Positions 38,573-51,560 of a DNA stretch of 64,000 bases are shown piece after piece. A program made the position numbers and the translations under genes. The notes below the pieces were generated by a model. That model was given only the letters and a program-made list of their open reading frames with translations. It did no database searches and was not told the DNA's origin. Within the stretch, counting starts at the first letter, position 1. Each line of letters starts with the position of its first letter. Source of the stretch: Lama glama. Its lineage: Eukaryota. The DNA is taken from positions 22,136,001 through 22,200,000 of the forward strand of contig CM052816.1 in assembly GCA_028534125.1 (NCBI GenBank), given 5' to 3'.

Positions 38573-40122
38573 TTTTTAAATTAAAGATTTCTGGGCATTA
38601 CTCCAGACTACTTATTAAGTAGTACTCTAGTAACTAGGAACTTGGAGTCATTATATTAATTGTTCTAGTATTTTCTTGTAAACATGTTCAAGAATCTCAT
38701 TCTTCACAGGAAAAAAAACAACAGTGAAATCCAATGGTTTCATTCCTGAGAGGATAGAAATGTATCATGTTTTTACTTCTTCCCTCAGTGCTCTTGATTA
38801 CCTGACATTTTAGATCTAGATTATAAGTCATTTTTCACATTGTGGATCTTCTCTTTTAAGAATACTTAGAAGTTTTCATTAAGTTTCATAGACTTAACAC
38901 AAGCAATCATTTAGACATTTACACCCGCCTTACTGGTTTCACTGATCACCTCTGCTTCACCTATACCATGTCACCATTATTTTGATTCATCTCACAATTG
39001 CCTTCTAGTACACCTCGTACCTCTTTTAGTATTTTTTTCAAAAAGAGCAAATGAATGCTATAGTTTTATGTGTCTTTTCGAGTGTGATGATGCTTTTGCT
39101 TGGTGAAGTATAAAAATCTTTGACTGCAGTTATTTTTCCCTGTGAACATCAAAGTTACAGAAAAGTATCACATCATCTTAGTATTGCACCAAGTCCAAAT
39201 CAACCTTTATTTTTCTTTCCTAGATCCTTTTGATTCTCCCCACCAACCTCTGCAGTGATGCTTATAGATTTTTTATTCTGTGTCCTTGGAATTCAAAATT
39301 TTCATTAGGATATATTAAAAAAATAGATCTCTTTATTTTCTTTGCATGGTAGTAGATAATCTATTTCAGTATGTAGACTAAAGAATTTTATGATTGCTGG
39401 GAATTTTGCTTCTGTGATTTTTTGTTGTTTTCTTTTCCTAATACCTTGTTTCTAACTTTTTTTTTTTTAATCCTTTTGAAATCTTTGTGTCAATCCTTGA
39501 GATCTGTTTTCGGTGCTTTTTTTTTTTTCTCATTATCTCTTTGTCCTTTTTCCTTGGAATTAGTACTTATTCCTTTGGGATTCTAAGGTACAGCCAAGTT
39601 TGGGAAGCCCTGATATGAAGGATCAGCAATGTCAAATGGAAAAAGACCCTATCACAGCTGTGCTTGTTGATTTTTGACTGCCTGATTCACTCAGTAGCAG
39701 GAAACAGTATTAGATGTATTAAGAGTACAAGTTTTAAATGAATTTGCCTTTCTTTTAAATGCAGCAAATTTGCATTTAGAATACTTCACTAAAATTTGTA
39801 TGTATGCAGTAATTTTTATGAGCTGATATGACATGATTAAAATTTTTCTTTCATATATAAAATATTATGTTAAAAAATTTTTTTCTACATGATCCCGGAG
39901 GGAATGAACTTTAAAAAAATGTTTATTAGTAGAGACTTGGGAAAATATAACAATATAAAGAAAAAAATTGAACTGTAGTCCCATTTCTCAGAGAGGGAAC
40001 AATTGTTCACATTATGGGTGCATTTTACTTGAGTTTTATTTTTTCAACATTAAATCTAAGGTTGCAGGAGTAACTAATACTGTTTCTGTCTTAATTTGTA
40101 TTTTTCAAATACTTTTCTCAAG

Positions 40123-40231
40123 ATAATGGAAGTAAATGGACAAAACTTTGAGAATATAACATTTGTGAAGGCCCTTGAAATTTTGAGGAATAATACTCAT
40201 CTTGCACTTACTGTAAAGACCAACATTTTTG
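40123..40231 (+). CDS. RAPGEF6: RAPGEF6 exon (about 15), PDZ C-terminal part [36 protein letters not shown]
   Basis: cttttctcaag acceptor (AAG), G|gtgagt donor, 109 nt, phase 0/1. PDZ IxEVNG motif. Confidence 0.95.
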
Positions 40232-41262
40232 GTGAGTTTTGTTGTTTAAAAAAAAAATGTAAGCCTTTTTTTTTTTTTTAAGAAGAAAGTCATACAATGA
40301 AAAGGAGCATAGTTAAATGCTGAAAACATGTTTCTGTCTAACATATTTGAGCATTTTAGGAATATTTAGTGTCGAGATATGTATTCTAGAATATTTTTTA
40401 CTTGTATTTAATTATTTTGGTATCATAATAAGGTTTAAAATAGTTGTACAACTACATGCAGTTAATCATTCATGAACTGTTTGCTGAGTATCTATTATGC
40501 ACTGTACTTTGGAGATATTGAATGAAACTTAGAAGTCATAATCAGGCTTTTTTCCCGTTATTAATGTGCATATCAGTCTACATCTGTTGTTTTAGCTAGC
40601 TTTCTGAAATAATAATATGAATGCCAGATTAGCTGTGTTATGGAAATAAATTGAGTAGAACATTAAATTAATCAGTGAATTTTACTGATTTTTAATAACA
40701 GTATACTCTACCTTTCTATGTAAAATGTTGATTACTGTGCCTAAAGTGTGTATTGATCATTTTAATATTTGAATGAAGCAAGGACTGACCTTGTACTTTT
40801 AACTTAATCTACTAATTTGTTTTTTAAACTTTTAGGGAAGACTTACTATGATTTGGTGTTATTAGATGCTATAGGATTTTCTCTGAAATTGAGAAGGCAA
40901 CAGTAAAAACAGTGTAACAGTTGAAAACTTCAGAGTCCTTACGAAATAGGAAGGAAAAAAATTCTCTGCATCATTTAGGTTGCAGCTTGAGAAATAATAG
41001 TTGAATTTTAAAACTATGCCTATGGAAAAGGAAGTGTGTGTGTTCATGTTTCTCCCCAGTTTGGCTCCTCGCTCCATAACTGCACTTAGTCATAATGAAA
41101 AGTGAAACACTAGGTATTTTTCCTCTTTTCATTTGAGTCTCTTTTACTGAATTAAGTCATGCTAAATCTGGCATACAACTGTCTCTTGGCAATTTTCTCA
41201 TATTATATAAACTTAGCATAGAATAAGTAAGTAAACCTTCACAATTTTTTTGATTTCTTAGA

Positions 41263-41399
41263 TTTTGGGGTTTTGTTTTTGTGTTTTGGAGGGGGGCAGG
41301 TAATTATGTTTATTTTTTTAATGGAGGTAGTGGGGATTGAACCCAGGACCTTGTGCCTGTTAAAGTACACACTGTACCACTGAGCTATACCCTCCCTCC
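41263..41399 (-). mobile_element. Camelid SINE (Vic-1-like)
   Basis: ggggattgaacccaggaccttg...ccactgagctataccctccc. TSD-like ttcttaga(t/c)ttt on both sides. Confidence 0.88.
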
Positions 41400-44300
41400 T
41401 TCTTAGACTTTGGACTAGTATCTAGAAACATCAACTTTTGGGTTAAACTAAAAGGAATCTGAGTTTGAAAAATATGAAAGCAGAGCTTGCTCTGCTCTGG
41501 TACCTGAAGCAAATTAATCTCTCTAAGCTTCAGTTTCTCCAACTCCATTTCATAGGCTTCATTTAAGTATCAGTATGTATAAACTTGTTGTGCCTGGCAC
41601 AGTGGTAGTTGCTAGCTGGTATCTAATATGGTTGTGTATCAAAATACAGAGGTAGTATAATGTAGTAATTAACAACATGGACCCTGGGAGACAAAAACAG
41701 TTGAGCAGAAGGGCAAGAGGCAGAGAAATCGCAACCTCAGAACTCTCTGAATGGTGAGAAACAACTGCCGAGCAGAGCTCTAGATTGCACGTTGCGGAGG
41801 GTAGCAGTCACACGCTGCTGTAGAAATGGGCCTGTACCCTCAAGACCTCCCTTTTTACTCCAGGCAAGGTGTCATCAGCCAGCATTCTCCCCATGCAAAA
41901 TACTAAAGAGTATCTCAAAGGAATATTAGTAAAACATTTGTAGAAGTGGAACATTTTAGTCTGGATGTGGTGCCTGGAATAAAGCCTTAGTAACCGTGGC
42001 ATTACTGTGAAGCACAGTTGCGCAGTTACGGCATCTTGTGTAGAGTTCAGAGTCAGAACACCTATGAAAAGGAAAGCTATTACTGGAAAACAGATTTGTT
42101 TAGATGATACTAGATAGTTGATCGTTTCGTATTAATTAAAACTGACAGTCACAGCTCACCGGGCATAGGAGAACCAGGGTTACTGAGGGGACATGATGGA
42201 GAACCTTTAAGTGAACTTACAGATTCTGGAGAAAATAGTTAATTTGAGGAAGAGAAAAAAACCATTTCTGAAATTCTGCTCAGAGAAATCTAAAAATTCA
42301 TTCCTTAAAACAGGATGTTTGAAAAAAAGAAACAACAGTCTTTGAGAAAGAAAATTTTGAAAATAAAATACCAAAGACATTTTAATAGCAAAGACAAGAA
42401 CATTGAATAGAAGGAATAGATAATAAAGTTGAGGAAATCAACTTTATAGAACAACAACAAAAAATAGAATTGAACACTGTTCCAGGAGATCGAAAAGAAA
42501 ATGTAAAGAAGAGATTTTTTTAGGAAACAATAGCTGAGGCCATCCCAGAATGAAAGAAGGATGTGACTCCTAATTTAAAGGGCTACCTATAATCTGAACA
42601 AAATTAGTGTAAAAAAACTTGTCAACTTTCTGTTTCCAGTATTGACCCAGAACAACTAAAAGAGCTAGACTAGTGAAAAGCTACCTGCCATTGAACAGAG
42701 GGGAAATCAGACCTTAAAGAGGTAAACCGAAGTTGTGTCTGCTGTGGGACATTTATCAGTACAGAAAAGACAACTGAGAGACTGAGCCTCTTTTGGCAGT
42801 AGACTCCCAGGAAAAGGTGAAAGAGTGGGAATCCTGCAATTGCTAAGAGCACCAACTCTGGATGTGTCAAATCCCTTACCCCTAGTCCTGAGACTGTGCC
42901 CCCAAAGAATATTTCTTTTTTTCCAGGGCTATATTCCTATCCACATTGAATGGAGCTGAGAGAAGGAGCTGCTGAGTAAACTCACAGGTTTATAGTGTAG
43001 AGCCCACCAAAGGACAGAACACTTAGCGTGACAACAATTGTTCAGGGTTAGGAATTTGAATATCTGACTCTAAAGTGATTGTGACCTGTACTCTAGGCAG
43101 CTCAGAAGAACCTCAGGTTTTGGCCCTCACGCTGGTTCTTGGGTGCCTGGCAAAAAAAAGTAAAAATCCTTTGTAGAGGATGCTAGCAGCAACCTATCAT
43201 TGGTAAAAATAATTTTTCAAATACAGAGTCAAAGGTTGTGAGGCACTCTTAAAAATCAGTATAAGCCAGAGCCAACAGAAACAGTACCACAGAGCTCCAG
43301 AATATCAAAAAATAGACTTTAATGAACTGTTTGATATATCCTTATGTCCATGAAGATAAAAATCAGTTCTGGGTAAGATGGAGCGAGCACATACCAGCCT
43401 TCATCTCCCCCTCAACTCAACAATAAAACCCAGGCAGAATCATGGCCCATCTATTTGAGAAGCTGGAAAATTCAGAGTACCACTGCCAGAAGTCAGTTTA
43501 CCATTTTTTTCACTCCATTATTCCCTGGACTGAACTCAAGGCAAGCTGAAATCTAGATGTGAGTATTATGGTGCAGACTGAGAAAGATCCAGGAGAAGCC
43601 TGGCTTGAGGAGTGGGAAGAGAACTCCTAAAGCTCAGATACAGTTAGGGAATTCCCACAGCTTTTGTTTGTTTGTTTTTTCACTCTTTTTCCTCTATTCT
43701 CTCAGGCCCAACCTCCAAGCAACCTAGTGGCATTGACAAAATTCTGAGGGAGGGGAATGTTCCCCTTTAGTGGAGCTGTGGCTCCAAAAAGACAAGGCAA
43801 GCTTCATTGCTTTTTCCTGCAACTCTCTCTGTCCTTCTACTTGCCCTTAAGGCACGACAGTGGATAGTTTCCCTCTAGAGGACCAAAAAGGGAGCCTAAG
43901 GAACTGGAAAGTACCAGGTTGGTAACTGAGATGGAGGAAACAACCCCATAAAGTTATTTATGAAATCCTGGACTCATTCCCATCCTGTGGGTGCCTGAAT
44001 CTGATCCTATTTAGTATACACCATAGACCTGAGAGCTGGCACAAGTAGACCTCTGCTCAGGTCCCAGACTGACCACTAGGTGGTACAGAGTAGACAGATC
44101 TGTATAGCATTACAAAAGCTTTGAAAATTGAACACTGAAACCACAACCCACAGAAGGCTAAACAAAAATACCAACATTTTCCATAGGATACAAGTAGGAC
44201 TTTTGTTTTTATTTTGTATGGGGTTTGCTCAGCATTTGAATTTGTACATTGATGTCACTCATCAATTTTAGGAATTTCATAGTCACTATTACTACAGATA

Positions 44301-47300
44301 ATGCCTTTGCCTGTCTCTCTCTCCATTCCATATGGGGAATCAGTTATTTATATCTTAGGAGATCTGTGTCCCATGTATATCTCTTACAGTCTGTTTTAGT
44401 CTTTTCCATCTGTTTTCTTTTTCTTTTTTGTTTCAGCTTGGATATTTTCTAATAACCTGTGTCTCAGTTATATTTTCTACTGTGTCTAGGCTACTGATAA
44501 ACACATGCTTTGAATTTTAGGTATTTTTCAGTTCTAGAATATCTACTTGGATCTCTTATAAACTCCAGTTCTCTGTTGAACTTCTTCATCTTTTCATCCA
44601 TTTTATCTCTTTCCCTCTATATTCTTTAATATATTTATAATGATTATTATAAAATATTTGTCTTAACTCCAACATTTGGATTATCTCTTATTCTATTTTT
44701 TCCTCTGGCTATCAGTCATATTTTCTTAATTTGTATGTCCTAAAATTTTTAATTGTATGCTGTACTTTGTATATAAAGGAATTTTAGTGGTGAAATTAGT
44801 ATTTTCTCACAGATAGGATTTGCCATTTCCTCTGTTTAATCACATAGGGTAAGGGGAATTGAGCCAGATCAGACTGGGTTGCAGAATTATTTAGACTGTG
44901 TCCATTGGTTTCAAGTTGAGAACAAGACTTGTCATGTGCTTGATGTAGGCCCCTCGTCTAATGGAACTTTGTCTCTAAGCACTGAGAGATTGTGGGAAAT
45001 TTCACTTTGCTTTTTCAGCCCTGTCCTCCTACCCCTACCCCTACCTCCACTCTCTTGATTCAGAGTCTGGTTGCTTTCTGTCTCTTTTTTATAAGAAGTT
45101 CTGCCCTTGAGAAATTTTGAGCTCAGCTCTTTAGCCTTCTATCCCAAGTAGGTAAGTGTGTTGTGCGTTCACTGGAAGTCTTTTCCTCTTGACTTTCACA
45201 ACTTTCTAACATTTTAAGAAATCTCCCCACTCAGATAATTTATTATGAGCATTTTAATTGTTCAATAAAAGTAACACATGCATGTTTTGCAAATTAAACT
45301 ACTAAAGAAAGACATGTTGGAACCATACCATACCAGTCTCTAGGTGGAATTACTTTGACAGTTACTGTGGTTTTACTTTCTAAAAGTTTACCCCAGTCTA
45401 CATACACTTCATTCACCAACATGTAAGAATGCCTCTGCAGTGGGTATAATCAACTTTATAGTTCTTGATACACATTCTTTAGTAATGAGGGAGGTTGAGC
45501 ACCTTTTTAATGTGCTAACGTTTCTTTTTCATGAAGTCTTTTCATTTGTCCATTGTTATATTGAGTTACTCATCTTTTATTGCTTTGTTTGGAAGTCTAA
45601 AGAACAGTATCTTTTTGTCTTATAGGTTGCATATATTTTCCCCAAGTTTTTTGTCTTTTGTTTGTTTTAGTTTGTATGTGTAATATACATACACAAATGC
45701 ATATATGTAGAGAGTTATAAATTTCTAATCTTTGTATAGTCAAATTTATATTAAACATTTCTTTTATTCTTGGCCATCTTCATTTCTGATTCGTATATCT
45801 GACACTGATGTTTAATGGTATTGTAATTACACTTGCTTACCATCCATTAGTTTTTGTCCTTAACTAATTTTTTAAAATTTAACAGTCATTTCTTTATCTA
45901 CAAATCACAAGTCCTATGGATTTTTACTTAGAATTGCGTACACAAGTCCAGTGAAGATATAAACTACTTTGTACACTATGGAGTCACCTTACATATATAT
46001 TGCAGCCACAGATATCTGCTGCTCAAGGATTTCCTTTGCTCTTAATAGAAAATTCAAATACCTTACCCTTAGCATTATCAGTCCCTTTGTCTACCTTGTT
46101 CTCCAGTCATCTTCATTTTCTTGAACTTTCCTTCTACCATAGGGACTTCAAGATTGAGATTTCCTCTACCTAGGATCATTCCTCCTTCTCTTCCCTTTGC
46201 CTAGTTAAAATCAAGTCACTTTACTGATTTCTTCTTATTCAGTGACTTAATTAAGGAAGATTTCCCCTTTCTTTCTGTCTTAACTCGTTCCTCTCGTTAA
46301 CTTCTCTCTGTACCATGTATCTTTGTATGTTCTACAACAGCAAGCATCTGCAGACATCTAGCATAGTGCATGATGTGTTGATAGATCAGTAAATATTTTT
46401 TATCTTTACCACATGACTTAAAGTGAAATTTTTTTAAAAACTGAGAAGAATTTACTGTATTTTAATCAAGTAGAGTGTCTTTGAAACGTGACTCCTAAAG
46501 ATTTCTATCATCTTCAAGACAGAAAATGTGCCTTTTATAAGCTTACAATGTACTTTGGTAATGTGATATCATCCTGGTTGAAATTTCCAAAATGATCCAG
46601 TTTTACAACTAAATACCAAGCTACTTACGTTGTTATGCATCAGTTCTTAAGTCTTTGTCCATTTGAATCTTTTAAGTCCTTTGATGTTGTGGGAAACTAT
46701 ATATTTATTCCCAAAACAACAGAAAAGATCACAGTTCTCTGTGGTTGAGGTTTCAGTGTGCACATTTATACAATTTATAGCTTTTCTTTTATAAAGGTAC
46801 AGAGTAATGCTGCTCATAGCTATTCCTACTGATAAGCTGAGTTCTGCATCTTACGTGGCTGAACAGACCTGCATATTCAAGAATATGCAGTCACCACTTT
46901 TCTTTCAGTCAGACCCCTCACAGGTACCATGAGGTTTTAGAAATGCTGTGTTCTACTTTAGCATTTATCTTTTTAGTTAGTGGTTTTTTTTCCTCTGGCA
47001 GTTGATCTGTCTTATTTAAGAACACACGTTTAAAACAAGAATAGCCAAAAAGAAAATCTTTATCATGACATCACTTAATTAAAAAACGGGTAACACAGAT
47101 TTCCCTAACTGGAAAGTAATATACCACTAGCTTCTAGATAAATAGCTTTACACAGATTTGTCTTTCTTTCATCTGATCCCAGAGATGTATAGCCTCTCTC
47201 ACAAGGTAAAAAACTGGATAAAGGCAAAGAGATGGCTAGAAAGGCAAGTGCTCCACTGCACTTGCACCCTCTTTAAGGATGAAGTGTAACTCACCAGACT

Positions 47301-47947
47301 TAGGGTTGATAGAAGATTATCTACAGATGATTGGGTTTTTTACTTATTGTAGTGAATTCTTGTTAGCAACTTTCACTTTACTGAGTGACTTAAGTCTCGC
47401 AGATGTTACTTGGAGGAAATTGTCATATATTACAGAATTTAGTACAACTTATTTCTGGTAAAAGCAGGTCCAGTAGAGTTCTTCCCATTTTTTGATGGCT
47501 AAATTTTACAAAACTAGGCCTGACTTAATATACTTATATCTCATCTCAAATGATATGTATCATGATAAAGGATTAACATATAAATGATAGAATCTAAATA
47601 TCTATTTCTGTAATATCTGGGTTGATTAGCAATTATATTGCTTATTACCTAAATAGGAACCCCTGGGCTTTTGAAACATGCTGGCAGTCTGTCCACTTCA
47701 TTTCCATTTTCCCCAGTGACTTTCTTTTATCACTATTGGACAACTCAGAAGTACAATCAGGTATAAAAACAAAAGTGGATGTAGCTGATAAATAAAGGAT
47801 GGGTGTAAATTCCTTAATGTTTAATGAATGAGGCTGTGAAAGGCCAAATGATAGAAAGTGACTATGTTATCCTTAAAATTTGTTGTTGATACAAAAACTT
47901 TCTAATGAGAAGAAAAAAATGACAAGTTTATTTATTTATTTTCACAG

Positions 47948-48188
47948 TGTTCAAAGAGTTACTTAGTAGGACTGAACAGGAGAAATCTGGTATTCCTCAT
48001 ATTCCCAAAATTGCTGAAAAAAAAAGTAATCGGCACTCAATTCAAGATGTACCAGGAGATATTGATCAGACAACACAGGAGAAAGGAAATAAGAAAGTAA
48101 AAGCAAATACTGTTTCTGGTGGAAGAAATAAAATCAGAAAAATTTTGGATAAAACAAGATTTAGTATCTTGCCTCCAAAACTATTTAG
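47948..48188 (+). CDS. RAPGEF6: RAPGEF6 exon (about 16), (V)[30 protein letters not shown]...[19 protein letters not shown]
   Basis: ttttcacag acceptor, AG|gtaggt donor, 241 nt, phase 1/2. Confidence 0.95.
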
Positions 48189-51100
48189 GTAGGTAATGAC
48201 AGTCTCTGTTATGTAGGCATTTTCCTGTTGACTGTGAAGCTTTTTTTATGGGGGGGAGGGGGAAGGGAGGTTTGAGTCAGTTTTGTTTTTTTTTACAATC
48301 AGTGCATCAAAATCTATAAGCAATCCGTAAATAAGTAAGAACAAATTCTGAATATCTCTGTATCACTTCCATGAAATTACTATTGTTAGATAATGTATTC
48401 TTCCGTTAGCCTTGTTTTGAATCTTAGAAAAGACTGCTCATTTTAGGAAATCGTTTTTGTATAATTTTGGTCCATTTTCAGTCTCTTGATCTACAAATTT
48501 GGACACCTTAAATCTTGAGACACATTCAGTAATACTACTTTTTGTCTTTTAAATCATCTTTCTCTTGTTGTGCTATTTATTCCCTCCTGAATTCTAAAGC
48601 TGACCTTTTTAATCATATCTTTTTCTCTTTCCATAATGAGATGTTACCAAAAGTGAGTAAAACTTCAGGATTTTAAATTAAGGTCTGTAAGACACTGATA
48701 AGTCCAGTACCATGATTGGAAATTACTCTAATGTATATTATATCTCTGTATATTTCATATTATCTACTTCCTAAAGTAATCACAAAAGTTCTAATCAAAT
48801 ACAATACTTAGAACATAGTAGGCAATACCTGTTGAATAAGTTAAGACAATGAATCAGTGAAAGAAAGAAAGCATATTCAACTTAATACTTATTTTGGCTC
48901 CTGATAATTCCTGGCACTGTGCCAGGTGATAATTAATTATAGAGCAGGAAATTGTAGTCCCTGCCTTGAAGGAATTCATTTCATAAACCCTTTATTCTTC
49001 ACACATTTATTATAAATTAGAATGTCCAGAAATAGAAATATTGAAAGTAGTACAAGTTTCTCACCCTACAAGAGTTGATCATCTAGAAGGGAAAATAGGC
49101 AAGTGGTATATTACAGGGTGATAAAGGTTTTGATATGTACAGAGGCAGGAGCAAGCTTGGTAGGTTTGAGTAGACTGTTTCTGTGTACGTACCTAAAGAT
49201 GAAGCAAGATAAATAAGTGCTAGGTTATGAAGGGCTTTGAATTTTATGCTGAAGATTTGGTCATAATAGGGAGCCAGAGAAGGCATATGATGTGATAAGA
49301 TTTTTTCTTTTAGGAAGATCTCTCTTTTTGTTGTGTTAGAGATTTGGGGTTGAAGGGTGAACACAATGTAGCAGTGACAGCAGGGAGACTAATGAGAAGC
49401 AACTTGGAACTAGGTAGATGTCAGCTCTCATCTTTTACTTAAAGATCTCAAGGATTTCCTGATCAGAAAATGCTCTTCATGAGTTTTTATTTCCAATTTA
49501 GGGAAGCGCATTTGTTACTCATTTAATTTGGGGCTCACAGAGGATTGAAACATGCTGAGCTGTGTTCTTAATGTCACTCATTTCTAGACAGTTTATTACT
49601 CACTATAAAAAAGTCATAATTTTAAAATAGTAAAATTCTTTTAATATTGAGCATATTCTAGTATGACAGCAGCACAGCAAACACTGTAAGAATAGACTTC
49701 TTCTCACAAATGAGAATTGAATAAGGAGAACATAAGAGGGGCATTCTACACTGAAGAGATTGGAAACAGTTTTGGATAACCAGAAGTCTGCATGAAGGCA
49801 CTGAGGAAAAGGGAAAGGAATGGAGGACCGGAAGGCAGAAAAGAGTTCACAAGGGGAGCTTCTCAGGAGGGACTGCCTTGAGTTCCATTTCCAGAAACCC
49901 TGGTGGGTTTGGTCTGGAATACATATGTCTTCTTTAACAGATTCTTATTTTGAACCGTGGCACAGTTGTGACATGTGTCATCAAAAGCCAGTGAACACTA
50001 TGATTGCCACTGATTTAAGCTTGTTAGTGTCACATTTTACCCAATTGTATTCAAGTTTCAGGCATCTAAATCAGTTTCTCATCTCCAGTGTCTCCTCCAG
50101 GAAATGGGAATTGGTTATTCCATCTGGATTCTACCTGCTTACCGCAGGAGGCATGGAAATTGAGGTGGCCAGGAGCAATCATTTATTTTCAAGCATTCTT
50201 TCTTTATATTAGGACCCCTCAAAATGAAAGATCTAGTAAAAATTGTTTTGCTTAAACTCAGAAGGATTTTATTTTTACTTATTAGTCAACAAGCATTTAT
50301 TGAGTCTCTCCTTTGTGCCAACAGGAGACTGTTGGCTACAAATAGAAAAATTAGTAAAATGCTGCCCTTCAGGAGTTAATATTAAAATAGCTTTCCCTCT
50401 AAACATGTTTCAGTGAAGTAAAATGCTAATAATTTCAACCATATAAATATCCCCCAAATAGATTATTTTAGTAGAATTCATAAAGGTTTTCTTCTGGAGG
50501 CTGTTTTGCAGAGAAAACTGGTTTGTCATTTTACCTTTTAGGCTGGCTACTTTGCATTTTTGAGAACATATGTCATATTTCTTGACACTTAATGATTGCA
50601 AATGAACTTGGACAACCCTTTTTGCTACACACCCACACACCCTAGTCACTAGAAGTTGAACAGAAAAAAAAAGCAGAGAGTATGAATTAGATATTCTGCA
50701 TCAATAATAAGCAAGGATATATAATTTAAAATGCGATATTGTTTGTTTCATCACAGATTGTTAAAGAGAATTGTCAGGGCCAGAACTGATAACATGAGAG
50801 ATAATAAACTCAGATTGCTATGGGAATGTAAAATGATACAACATTTCTATAGAACATTTTGGCTTTTTTTTTAGTAACAGCTTTAAAAATGTTCATAGCT
50901 TTGATTCAGTAATTCCATTTTTGATAATAATTAAATGAAGATTTATATATAGATGTTCTTATTAATATTACCCATAATAAAACAAAGTTGAAAAACCCTA
51001 AATGTCCAACTACAAAGGATTAGATAAATTGTACTCTTTATGGCAAAATGACTAGAAGAAAAAAGATGGATTGTGTTTTTCTCTAAAGGGATTTTATAGG

Positions 51101-51420
51101 TAAATTTTTGATTTCTTGCTTTTTGTATTTTTTAAATTTTTTGTTTTGAATATTTATTTTTCAATTGAGAAAAAAAATTTATGAGGTTAATTCCACAATT
51201 TCTGAACAGCTCCTGTATGTCAGAACTCTTTGGATGGGGCTCTTAGTTCTGCTTTTTGCAGCACTCCTTTAAAGAGTAGGGTACAAATTGTCATAGAGAT
51301 ACTGCAAGAAAGAATGTCCACATTGTCAGAGGAGCAAAGAAAATTAATATAAAGAAGGAACAAATAGCTGAGATTAAGAAGAGGGCATTCACAAAATTCC
51401 TAACCATGACATAATTTTAA

Positions 51421-51560
51421 TTTTATTCACTTTTTGGGGGGCGGGGGGGTAGGGTGGGGTAATTAGGTTTACTTATTATTTTTAGAGGAGGTACTTGGGA
51501 TTAAACCCAAGACCTTGTGTATGCTAAGCATGTCCTCTACCACTTGAGCTACATCCTCCC
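51421..51560 (-). mobile_element. Camelid SINE (Vic-1-like)
   Basis: gggattaaacccaagaccttg...ctctaccacttgagctacatcctcccc. TSD ccatgaca(ta)attttaa. Confidence 0.88.

Noticed and set aside
41700..44900. Purine-rich then pyrimidine-rich blocks of different composition
   Set aside because: Look like decayed L1 5'/ORF1 fragments in both orientations. Family and boundaries could not be assigned without RepeatMasker.
49820..50212. Longest ORF in the window (130 aa)
   Set aside because: No domain resemblance, no supporting splice structure, and not needed for the RAPGEF6 frame.
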